The position numbers were made by a program, and so were the translations under genes. This document shows positions 48,417 through 60,252 of a stretch of DNA of 64,000 nt, in pieces (position 1 is the stretch's first letter; every line of letters begins with the position of its first letter). Below the pieces are notes generated by a model, which had not been told where the DNA came from, did no database searches, and was given only the letters and a program-made list of their open reading frames with translations. Source of the DNA: Amphiscolops sp. MND2022 (lineage: Eukaryota); assembly GCA_964187785.1 (NCBI GenBank), contig OZ076413.1, positions 61,876,001 through 61,940,000 of the forward strand, read 5' to 3'.

Positions 48417-51400
48417 TGTGAAAAAAGAAGCTCGTGAAAAAACCCGCTGAAGACCCTGTGTCTCACTGATAGCCCTACCCTTGAAAAGGCGGACCAGGCC
48501 GCTCCATCAGCCAAAAAAAGAAATAAAGGAAAAATTATCATTTCCGGAAACTTTGTGTTTAGCTATTAAAACACACAGGATGCGGGAAACCAAAAAACAC
48601 ATGTGAAAGTATTTAGAAAATGCGGGGGAAAAGGTTCATCCAAGATACATGTACGATTTTACAACTTTGAACTATAATTTGAAGTCAATTATTTGGAAGG
48701 AATGGCTCTTCGATTTCAAATAAAACTCCATTCAGACCATAACACTGCCTGCCTTGATTTCGCAGGGAAGAATTTAACAACAGCGGTAAACACGCAAGCG
48801 CAATGAAATAAGGCACAGTAAGAGAAATATAAGGTCAGGGAACAAAAGCATATGAACTCATCATTGAAATTAGCATCAACAATTTTTTCAATTTTTGCAC
48901 CGGTCGATTGTAGATTCCTGTAGCGGTTATTATTATTACAATTCTCACAAACTTGTCTGGGCCGGTGTAGACCTGTTGGATTTTAGCCAATGGCCACTGC
49001 AGCGATGGAACATTGTCATCAATTACAAAACCAATATCACCAACTTTCAAATAAGAAGTTTCTAGTCTTCATTTATTTCTTTCTTGTTGGGAGAGTACAT
49101 AATCTTTGACCCATCTTTTCCAAAATGAGAGACCATATTCTGTGTTTGTATCCCTCTTTTTGTGAGCGAATGTGTACTGTCAGGATTTTTTAAATCATTA
49201 GTAGTCTGGCTCAAGTGTAGATTCTCCAACTTTCCACCCAAGCAGAAATGAGCAGAAGTTGAGAAAAACTTGTCATTTGGATTTTCGGATAATGGGCAGA
49301 TTGGTCTTGAATTCAAAATCATTTCAATATGACAAAGTAGAGTAGATAATTCTTCAAAGGGGAGTATTTGGTTTCCCATAAGTTTCCGGAGATGTAGCTC
49401 TACACACTTGATTGCTGATTCCCATAGGTTACCAAAGTGAGGAGCTCTTGGAGGGATGAAGAACCACTTGATGTGCACGCCGGCTGCTTCAGCCTGAAGG
49501 AGCCACAGCATTCATTCCTTAATGTCTTTTGCACGTGTGCTATTTCTTTCTCCGAATCAACAAAATTTTTCCCATTGTCACTAGGAGACTTCTAGGACAA
49601 CCTCTGCGAGAAACGAATCGTCTAATGGCTGCAACACCTGCTGATGTACTCTGAGATCAGAGACTAGTTCCAGGTGAACTACTTTACTGGCAAAGCACAC
49701 AAAAAGTGCTAAGTAGGATTTCTCAGGGGAATTCGGAGATTTCCTACAAAGGAAAGGGCCTTCAAAGTCTAGGCCCACGTTCTCAAAGGCTTTTAGAGAG
49801 GGTCAACTCTTGCCTTTGGAAGACCTCCCATCGAGGGGAAAACTGGCTTCGTGTTGGAGCTAATACAATTGACACAATTCATTATCAGTTTCCGAACCAA
49901 ATTTCTACAACTGAGAATCAAGAAACGAGTTCTAATATGAGCAATAGTTTAGCTAGTCCCACCATGGAGTGTCAGCTGGTGAGAATTCAATGCTACTAGT
50001 CATGCGAGGTGACTGTTTTGAGGAATTAGTTTTTGAAATTTGCATTCTTCGGGCAACCTTGCATGTACTAATCTTCCTCCAACACAAAGAATACCATTAT
50101 CGAAAAAGGAGTATAATTTACATATTTGACTCTTTGCATTCACTTCTTGTGCAATTTCTAGAGTTTGGGATTCTTCCGAATATCGTTTCTTCTGTTCTTG
50201 GCGAATCAAATTGTGATTGAGTCTGTTAGCTCTGGGGTAGTAATGGAACTTGATAAAACAACCACGTTCTCCTTCAGTTCGTCAATAAAACGTCTAGCGT
50301 AAGCAAGAATTCGGAGGACTTTGTATGAGGAGTTAAGCCTCGACAAATTAATAACGTTTTTTTGGTATCTTTGTGAGCCACAGAGGTATGAACACTGGTA
50401 ATTCTTGTTGTTAGAGTCAACTTTTTCAACTCTTCAGATGTTTCAACATTTGACAATGATTTCGGAAATTACCCTCTTATTAACCACTTCGGACCATTCC
50501 ACCGTAGGTCATGTTGATTTATTTCGTCAGGGTTAATTCCTCGAGATGCAGGACCCGCAGGTGTCTCCTCGGAACACACATGATTCCCATTCAATTTGTT
50601 TCCACTAATTCTGTTTGAAACAAAAGTTGACCAACGAGATGGTTCTTTTGACAACCAACACAGAACTATTGTTGAATCAGTCCACGCGAAAGTTTTTTCA
50701 ATAACAACTGGCGTTTGACCAATGGACTTGATAAGAGACTGATATAACCTAGTGCCTATCAGAGCAACACATAATTCTAATCTCGGAACAGATTGTGTTT
50801 TCACGGGGGCTACGTTGGTTTTGGCCACAAGCAGCAATGCCTTCCGCAAGCTATGAGAATCTGTGGCAACAAAATGAATACAAGTGGCATAAGCCCTTTC
50901 TGATGCATCACAGTAGTGATGCAACTCAATTTTGCCCGCGAATCCATCAAGCAATACGAATCGTTGCAATTCCACATCATTTGAAGAGATCAATTCCGAT
51001 CTCCACTTCAAATAATGGACGGCAAGTTCGGAAGGAAGGTGATCTTCCCATGAATAGGTCGAAAAAACTCATCCAATCAGTGTATGGTCCAGTGAATGTT
51101 GGTACCTGAAGTTTCGGATGTAGCGAAATGTGATGAAGAAGGGTCTGTAGCGGGGGTCTATCACGTTCTTTTTTTACAATTCTCAATCAAAACAGACAAC
51201 CTAGCAATGGTAACACTAGCAGGAACATGGAACTCCGTTTGCTGTTCCAGTTCATTGGCCAACTCATCTTCATCTTCTATCAATAGTTCGATTTCCGCAC
51301 AGAAATTATGAATCAATAAAATTCTCTTTTGTAATGTCTTTTGCTTGAAATAAGAGTCAACTGCAGTGAATGTAAATTCATAAAGTTTTTGTTCCATTCT

Positions 51401-52914
51401 AGTGAAAGCACCTTTGTGAGCACCTCTGATGCGAGTAAATTTTCTGTCTTCAGTAGCTGGTTGTGTGGAAGCACTGCTTTCAGTTACAGACATTTTTCTA
51501 AATGACTAAACAACACTAGCGCCAACGATAAATAAAGAAAGTTGATAGTCCTCAAATTCAAATCGGCTAGGCCACCGATGAGCTAATCATCCAGTGACCA
51601 CACCGAACTCAACTCACAGGGTGAGATAAAAACTTCTAACGTTAATTTTTCAAAGTTTGCTTCAAAAACTTCTTTAATTTCCTTTTCCTCAGAGAGGGTT
51701 TCTTGATGGGGCTTCTTGTAATTTGAGATAAAGCATTAAGGTTGTTTCGATGCTCCAAAACAATGAACAAAGACTTTAATTCAATGTCTGCTACTAGATG
51801 AAGTCGGGAATACTCATTCGAAAGAAGGAGATCATTCTGTTTTCTACGAGAGAAGATTTTCTGTGACTCGAATAACAATGAAATCTTGATCACGAAGATC
51901 ATCAAATGCATGGGGTGCACCGATACGTTCACAATAGACTAGGGCTGTTATACGTGATTAATTTTTCAACAATTCAGTTGCTAATTGTTTTGGGGTTAGA
52001 GCTGTTTTGTTATTTGATTTATGGGAGTCAAGGAGTTGATCAGAATGTCATGCCAAACAACTATATGATTCGTATTTTTAGGAATACCATGATCCAGTAG
52101 AAAAACAATTTGAGCGTATCACTTTGAGTATAGGGGTTCAAACTCAAAGAAGGAATGGCTGTGATATAGTCCCAATGGTATTTCGGTTATCTTAATTCAA
52201 GTTTTGTAAAGCTCGTTTTGGTGAACTTGCACGAATAACATTTATCATGAGTGAAGTTTTCTGTTTGCTAGGGGTAAGCTGAATGTCGATCAGAAACTTA
52301 GTAAAAATATGACTATCTGTATCCGAAACTTTAGGAAATAATAATGAAGGACAAACTATCAGGGGGATCCACAGTTTTTTCACCGTCGAAGAAACGAAAT
52401 GCCTTCAAGTTGTGAAATGGAAAGAGCTAACTCGAGAATGACGATCAATCCTGGATGAAGCTGAGACTAGCAGGTTGAAGGGTTTGCAGGTTAGTTACTT
52501 TGTAATTAGTTACTTGACAATCGAGTGTTACTTTTGTAAGGACAACTTTTAGTACAATGTTTCAAAAAGTAGTTTGCTATTGAAGGTTCAAAGCTCGTAA
52601 GTCCGGGTCTATGGCGGACCAAAATGTGTCTCATCGATAGCCCTACTCTTCTAAAGGCGGACCAGACCGCTCCATCAGCCAAAAAACGATAAAAAAGGAA
52701 AAAAATTATCTCCGGAAATTTGTGTTTTGAAATTGAAACACACAGGATGCGGGAAAACAAAAAACACATGTGAAAGTTTTGACAAAATGCGGGGGGGGGG
52801 AATGTTCATCCAAGATACATGTATGATTCTACAATTTTGAACTATAGTTTGGAGTCAATTATTTCAAGGATGATGGCTCATCGATTTGAAATAAAATTCC
52901 ATCCAGAACAGACA
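48417..52914 (-). mobile_element. Decayed BEL/Pao element lacking RT, flanked by diverged LTR-like repeats (48417-48744, ~52558-52914)
   Basis: gag PKLQVPTFTGPYTDWMSFFDLF; RNase H LHHYCDASERAY, VAPVKTQSVPRLEL, WTDSTIVLCW; integrase GLDFEGPF, FIPPRAPHFGNLWES, NSRPICP; C-terminal WPLAKIQQVYTGPDKFVR; purine tract AAGGCAGGCAG before TGTT at 48744. Confidence 0.85.
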
Positions 52915-53115
52915 CAATTAGCAAGTGCTAAAAGCACCGAAACTGAACAAAGACAAGTTTTCGAGCACCCATAGCACGTTGCTACTTTGGTAATGAACTC
53001 CTACATATGAGTCTTGTTGTTTAATTCTTACACACGACCTCTCCTCCAATGACAAAAGATTGCTGAACTGTTTACTGTTTCGTATTTTTTGCTTGATGTC
53101 GTACCTATTTAGCTA

Positions 53116-53315
53116 NNNNNNNNNNNNNNNNNNNNNNNNNNNNNNNNNNNNNNNNNNNNNNNNNNNNNNNNNNNNNNNNNNNNNNNNNNNNNNNNNNNNN
53201 NNNNNNNNNNNNNNNNNNNNNNNNNNNNNNNNNNNNNNNNNNNNNNNNNNNNNNNNNNNNNNNNNNNNNNNNNNNNNNNNNNNNNNNNNNNNNNNNNNNN
53301 NNNNNNNNNNNNNNN
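53116..53315. other. Assembly gap (200 N)
   Basis: Run of exactly 200 N, likely a fixed-size scaffolding gap, so true distance and contiguity across it are unknown. Confidence 0.97.
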
Positions 53316-55359
53316 GAATCGGGAAATGAACTTTGTGAATCCTGGCGCAAAATCAGCTTTCATGAACCTCTGCAAACCGTGTATTTTCAGTTGAGGTTGA
53401 CAAAGTTGAAACAGTTTTATAACAGTTTCCAGAAACCTTTCTGAACGTGTACTCTAAAAAAACTTTAGGTCAAAAACAACTCACAATCACTTTTCCAAAG
53501 CCCGACTCCAAAACGGAATTTATTTGTATCAAAATTATTGCCCACAATTTATCGAATTTTTACCGTTTAAACATTGTGCTTCTTGTGTTGAAATTGAGTG
53601 CCCGGTAACGCTGAGACGAAAACTTCAGTTCAAGCAGGCAGTGTGGTCTGAGTGATTAGTCCTGCAGCTAGATACCATACTAATCTGAATTGTATCGAGC
53701 GATCGAATCATCGGGGTCACACTACTGTTTTGATGGGACAATCGAAGACTAGTTGCTCATCTCGTGAAGTCTTACATTAACTGCTTCGGGTTTGAATCAT
53801 TTCTTCACTGACAGATTGCCATCTCACTCATTGATCTCAATGCGACTCCATCGAAATGTGGCTCCTGAGGAAACTGACCAAAGACGGAACGACGTCGAAA
53901 AAATTGTGACTTGGACGAAGCAGAGGTTTTTTGAGACTCCAATTTGTTTTGTTGAGCTGTTCAAATTTCACATTTCTGTGCCAACCGTACCGTGCCAACT
54001 TAACTCCAAGCAGGTGGAGGCCAAGAGCGCAGACCGGACCCCGTTTCCCGATTCAGGTTGAAAGTTCATTTCCCGATTCAGATTGAAAGTGCTAGCAAGA
54101 ACAACAAATTCTTGATCACTCTGTAGGACTATTGATTCACTTTTTTCCTGTGGGTTTCCAACAAAGTGTTCAGGTGTTGCAAATCAATTTTTCTTCTTCG
54201 TATTCAATCACACACACAAACAGCAGCAGCAGCAATTCAAGTTCTTTTCAGCAGAACAGACACAGCAATCCTAGTTTATCTACTGTTCTGATACAGTGCG
54301 ATCGCTGTCTACAAGTCAGATGAATTTCTTTAAAGCTGCAAGACCAAACATTGAGCACTGAGACTATTTACTTTCAAGTTTTCCGTTTGAGCTTTGAAAA
54401 CTCACTTTTCATTCAAAGAGTCGAGATGCTACATCTCCATATCTTATTTCCTTCAAAAATCAGGCTCGCTGCGCTCATCCGGGAACCAGTCTGCGTTCTG
54501 CTCTCATCGGCGCATAGACTTCTCCGTGCTGCTCGTATTGGAGTTGGTAGAATTGATAGATTGATTGCAGTTCTCTGGGTATTTTTCTTTGCGAAGTGAA
54601 ATCAGTGACGCAATGTACAATTTGTTACTATGCACTTTTTGTTGACTGTCTGACACCAACCGGAAAACATTCAGCCTTGGTTCAGTCACGATGCTCGCAG
54701 CAATCTACCAGAAAAATTAGGCTGTATTTAGCGATGAAACTTTTACCTATTCGCTCAAGTATTTAAACAGCGAAGTTTTCTGCAAACCAAAAAATTAAAC
54801 AAGGGAACGTTGGATATCAAATCAAACGTTCCCGTGGTAGCACAATCGGACGACACTTAATCACTCGTTTCAAAACCTAACTTGATTTGTTCTGTTGAAA
54901 ATAGTGAGTGGTGTGTGCGCCGGAAGTTTTCTGAAACTTGCTGACAGTTCAGTGATATGAACATGAGCAAGTTTTTGTCAAAATAACATTATCGCGAGTT
55001 TTTAAAAGGTTCACTGCTTGCTTTCGCAGCACAAGAGACCGAAAAAAGAATTATTCACTGTGTTGACAAATATTTTTAAACTTTCAAAACATCGAAAGAA
55101 AATGGTGTTGGAAGAAATCTCTGTAGTACAGAAAACGAATTGACTGCACCTCACCAGTTGAATATCCACAAGCAATAATTAGCTCAAGCTCCGAAGTCCT
55201 GAAATAAAAAAAATGTTCACTGGACTATTTTGCATTATGTGTTCTCTGACAAGAAAAGTTTGAAATTGAATTTTTTTTCACGGGTTACACCTGAAAATCA
55301 GAGTCACTTAGTTGCTAATTAGGTGTTTGTGACTGAAGTTGAAATGCTCAATTTTTTCT

Positions 55360-55979
55360 TTAGTTTTGTTTTTTGAGTTTCCAGCACTTGCGGCAGAGTG
55401 TGATGAATTCGTTTTCACCACCAAATGTTATTTCTTCTGATTGCACTAATTTTCGATGCTTTGTGAAACAACTTTTCTCTTCCGAACACTAACCACAAAT
55501 ATTGGTCAATATCTTAATTGATTCAACTTTGGGTAGGAGATTGAGAATTTTTTGAAGCCCTCACTGCGGTGATTACCAATCAGTGCCCCGACGACGACAA
55601 TTTTCCCTGCCATAGCCAATTGGTCACAAATTTCAACAAAGTCATCGAAAAATTGTCCTTCGTTGATGCCTGAAACGATTTCTGAGCAATGGTTCAGATC
55701 AAAAGAATGGAAAAGCAAGGTACCACAACTTACCTACAACGTCATATTGCGACATTTTTTCGTAAAGTGCATCCAGTGTCAATGTCCCTCCCAATTGCTT
55801 CAAGTGATTGCCCGTCGTGAGACAACATGCGTGGAGCTGTATCTCAAGTCACCTGCGTATTTGACCACGACGCAGGATATTTGACGATGACTATCACGTT
55901 TGACCCGTCTGAGAAGCTCAGTCGTTTTCCCGCTTAACATAGGGCCAATAATTGGTTCAATCGATCCGGATTTGTTCAT
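55360..55979 (-). pseudogene. TK1: Type II thymidine kinase (TK1 family) pseudogene with one 64-nt intron (55670-55733)
   Basis: P-loop [38 protein letters not shown]|INEGQFF (GTAAGT...TTTCAG intron), CDQLAMAGKIVVVGAL, ILNLLPKVESIKILTNICG*C, GGENEFITLCRKC; three frameshifts, one stop, and DE>NE in the catalytic motif. Confidence 0.88.
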
Positions 55980-56251
55980 TGCGTGTTTGCTGCAGAACTT
56001 CGCCCAACAGCGTTTATCGTCAAAAAGTGGTATGATAATAGAAACGGTTCGGTTTCTATTTGAGTCAGGTTTGGTTTTATCAATTCCCAGATCCCTTTGT
56101 TTCACTTCCAATAGACAACGTAGAAATGTTAAGTGATTCTTTGCTGATTATGATTACTAGGATGAATGGAAATTTGAAAGTTCAACTTGAATGGGAAGTT
56201 AGTTTGAGTTGTCAAGATAGTTTCAGTTTGTTTATATCACCAGACCATTCA

Positions 56252-58901
56252 ATCTATCTTTCAATATACAGTACCATATTATAGGTCTAAAATAGTTAGG
56301 ATCCGATGAGAACGGTCGTTTTGACTTACATTTGATCTATCTTCCATTATACATTACTATACTATATTTCTAAAGTAACTAAGATTCAATGAACAAGGTC
56401 GTATCGGACTTATTTCCGATCTAATTTTCAATATACAGTTCCATTCTATAAGTCTAAAGTAAGTATGATTCGATGAACACTTTCGTATAGGACTTATATT
56501 CGATTTATTTTTCCATATACACTACAATACGATAGGAATAAAGTAGCTAAGACTCAATGAACACAGCCGTTAAGGAATTATATTCGATCTATCTTTCAAT
56601 ATATAGTACCATTATATAGGTCTAAAGTAGCTAAGATTCGATGAACACGGTCGTATAGGACTTTTATTCGATCTAACTTTCAACATGCATTACTATACTA
56701 TAATTCTAAAGTAGCCAAGATTCGATGAACACGGTAGTATTGGACTTGTACTCGATTTATCTTTCCATATACAGTACAATACGATAGAACTAAAGTAGCT
56801 AAGATTCAATGAACACAGCCGTATAGGAATTATATTCGATCTATCTTTCAATATGCAGTTTTATACTATAGGACTAAAGTAGCTGAGATTCTATGAACAC
56901 AGCCGTATAGGACCTTTGTTCATCTATCTTTCAATATACAGTATCATATAGGTCTAAAGTAGCTAGGATTCGATGAACACTTTCGTATAGGACTTATATT
57001 CGATTTATCTTTCCATTTACAGCACAATACGATAGAACTAAAGTAGCCAAGATTCAATGAACACAGCCGTATAGGAATTATATTCGATCTATCTTTCAAT
57101 ATATAGTACCATTATATAGGTCTAAAGTAGCTAAGCTTCGATGAACACGGTCGTATAGGACTTTTATTCGATCTAACTTTCAATATGCATTACTATACTA
57201 TAATTCTAAAGTAGCCAAGATTCGATGAACACGGTAGTATTGGACTTATACTCGATTTATCTTTCCATATACAGTACAATACGATAGAACTAAAGTAGCT
57301 AAGATTCAATGAACACAGCCGCATAGGAATTATATTCGATCTATCTTTCAATATGCAGTTTTATACTATAGGACTAAAGTAGCTGAGATTCTATGAACAC
57401 AGCCGTATAGGACCTTTGTTCATCTATCTTTCAATATACAGTATCATATAGGTCTAAAGTAGCTAGGATTCGATGAACACTTTCGTATAGGACTTATATT
57501 CGATTTATCTTTCCATTTACAGCACAATACGATAGGACTAAAGTAGCTAAGATTCAATGAACACAGCCGTATAGGAATTATATTCGATCTATCTTTCAAT
57601 ATGCAGTACCATTATATAGGTCTAAAGTAGCTAAGATTCGATGAACACGGTACTATAGGACTTATATTCGATCTAATTTCAATACGCATTACTATACTAT
57701 AATTCTAAAGTAGCCAAGATTCGATGAACACGGTAGTATAGGACTTATATTCGATTTATTGTCAATTTTATTTATTATATTCAATTGTCAATTATTCAAT
57801 ACAATACTATAGGTCTAAAGTAGCGATGATTTAATTAACACGATCGTATGAGTTTTATTATCGATCAATCTTTCAATATACTGTACCTCCATACTGTACG
57901 TCCAAAGTAGCTAAGATTTAATGAACAAAGCGGTATAAGACTTATATTCGATCTATCTTCCAGTATACAGTACCATACTATAGGACTAAAGTAGCTGAGA
58001 TTCTATGAACACAGCCGTATAGGACTTTTTTTTCGATGTATCTTTCAATATACAGTACCATATATTAGGTCTAAAGTAGCTAAGATTTGATGAACACTTC
58101 CGTATAGGGCTTATATTCGATACAATATACAGTACAATACTATACGACTAAAGTAGCTAAGATTCAATGAACACAGCCGTATAGGAATCATATTCCATTT
58201 ATCTTTCAATTTACAGTATCATGGTAGGTCTAAAGTAGCTAATATTAAGTGAACACGATCGTATGGGTTTCATATTTGATCAATGTTTCAATATACAGTA
58301 CCATATTATAGGTCAAAAGTAGCTACGATTCAATGAACACAGCTGTAAAGGACTCATGTTTGATCTACTTTTCAAAATACAGTACCATATTATAGGTCTA
58401 AAGTAGCTACGATTCGATAAACACGGTCGTATAGGACTTATATTCGATCTATATTTCAAAATTCAATTATTCAATACAATACTATAGACCTAAAGTAGCG
58501 AAGATTCAATTAACACGATCGTATAAGTTTTATATTCGATCCATCTTTCAATATACAGTACCTATATTCAATATACAATATACTATAGGTCCAAAGTAGC
58601 TAAGATTTAATGAACAAAGTGGTATAGGACTTATTTTCGATCTATCTTCCAGTATACAGTACCATAATATAGGACTAACGTAGCTGAGATTCTATGAACA
58701 CAGCCGTATAGGGCTTTTTTTCGATGTATCTTTCAATTTACAGTACCATATAATAGGACCAAAGTAGGTAAGATTTGATGAAAACTTTCGTATAGGACTT
58801 GTTTTCGATCTATCTTTCAATATACATTACAATACTATACTACTAAAGTTGCTAAGATTCAGTAACACAGTCGTATAGGACTTGTTTGATCTATCTTTCA
58901 A
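56252..58901. repeat. Satellite array, ~84-bp monomer (~31 copies) with higher-order repeats
   Basis: Consensus ATCTATCTTTCAATATACAGTACCATATTATAGGTCTAAAGTAGCTAAGATTCGATGAACACGGTCGTATAGGACTTATATTCG; CTAAAGT anchors spaced 83-84; exact 500-bp recurrence at 56601/57101/57601. Confidence 0.92.
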
Positions 58902-59455
58902 CAAGTTTCGTTCGAATCGCGTGTGGAGATTTTGAGATGATCAGAAAGTCCGAAATTGGCCGCTTTTTGGTCATTTTTGGTCTTGTTTTGGCTGTTTCTC
59001 ACATCCCAGGTATACTATTTTGATGCCATTGCTCATGCGGCAACACCTTTGGATGTAGAATGACTGCCAATATTTATAAAAATCGTGTGTGGACCATTAA
59101 AAAATTGATTTTTTTTATTCTCGCTCGAATGAAAAATTTTAATTCGGATATAACATCAATTATTCAGATATAGCGCATTTATTCTGTGGTACACGTTTTT
59201 TGGAAAACGATCTTATGCTACTGTAGAAAGTTGGTACATGTTTACAGGTCTTTGGCTGAAATTATTATACGATTCTCATTCTTATTGAACTTTTATGGAT
59301 CCTAAGTAGAGATTATTCTAAGTCAGAAAAGGCATTGTAAACAAAACTTGACATATGTGTGAAAATGAACTTTAACCTTTCTGATGTAGAATATTTTCGG
59401 CGTGGGATCTATAGGACACCTACGGCCGTTGAGAATTTGCATGTTTTAAGATTAG

Positions 59456-59928
59456 GGATTCATAATTGGCTCTAACGGATCAAGGATTCATAATTGGCTC
59501 TAACGGCCTCTCGAGGATTCATGATTGGCTCTAAACCCCCCCCTTTCCTTACTACTTGTATGTACAACGTTCGAATGCGTGATTCATAGGTCATTGTTTT
59601 GTATGTACATCAATAAAACTGGGTCAACAATGCGTCAACAAATTCAGCTGAAATTCAATTTGAATGATTTCAATCATATTAAAGTTAATCATATTAAAGC
59701 TGAAATTCAATTTGAATGATTTCAATCATATTAAAGTTGTCAGTTAACTTTAATACAATCAACATTTTCAGTTAACGTGCTCAACAGCCTGAGACTGTAT
59801 TACCGGCATCAAAGTTCAACATTGTGATCGCCGGCAAAACTTTTCAGTCAATGAACTCACTTTGATGCAGCGCTGTTGGGGAATATTCCAATTAGCAATT
59901 GCTAATTAGCAATATTCCAATTAGCAAT
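59456..59928. repeat. Cluster of short local duplications
   Basis: GGATTCATAATTGGCTCTAA x3 (59456, 59484, 59515); 41-bp block x2 at period 52 (59646, 59698); AATATTCCAATTAGCAAT x2 (59882, 59911) around palindrome ATTAGCAATTGCTAAT. Confidence 0.85.
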
Positions 59929-60114
59929 AAGACTGAGAGTCTTATCTAAGAGTGTCAAGAGAATGAATTTTGTTTACAAGTACTTTGCTGCTGTTCCCAC
60001 TACTAGCTACACTATCATTCTTTGAAGTATTGGAAATGGGACAACACAAAGTAGTGAATTTCAGAACGTGATAGCTTGGTTGGTAGCACGAAAATTCACT
60101 TTTGTCAGTTCATC

Positions 60115-60252
60115 TCTTGAATTTCTTGGCACGATCTTGCAAGATCTTGCAAATTCGTGGATTTCTTGGTAAGAATCTTGGCAAGATTCTTACCAAGAAA
60201 TCCAGGAATATCCAAGATTGTTATCAAGAGTTGCAAGAGTTTTTACACTGGG
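60115..60252. mobile_element. Right-end fragment of a CCC-ended MITE
   Basis: CAAGATCTTG-type motif array ending in CACTGGG; left TIR not found. Confidence 0.5.

Noticed and set aside
53060-53375. ORFs spanning X runs
   Set aside because: Artefacts of translating the 200-N gap.
55360-55979. TK as a processed retrocopy or straightforward intronless viral gene
   Set aside because: A canonical 64-nt GTAAGT...TTTCAG intron restores YDVVG-INEGQFF, so the copy is not intronless.
56252-58901. CRISPR-like or protein-coding repeat array
   Set aside because: Whole monomers are repeated with no unique spacers, there are no cas genes and the context is eukaryotic. The consensus is open in one minus-strand frame, but the ORF track finds no ORF of 60 aa or more inside the array.
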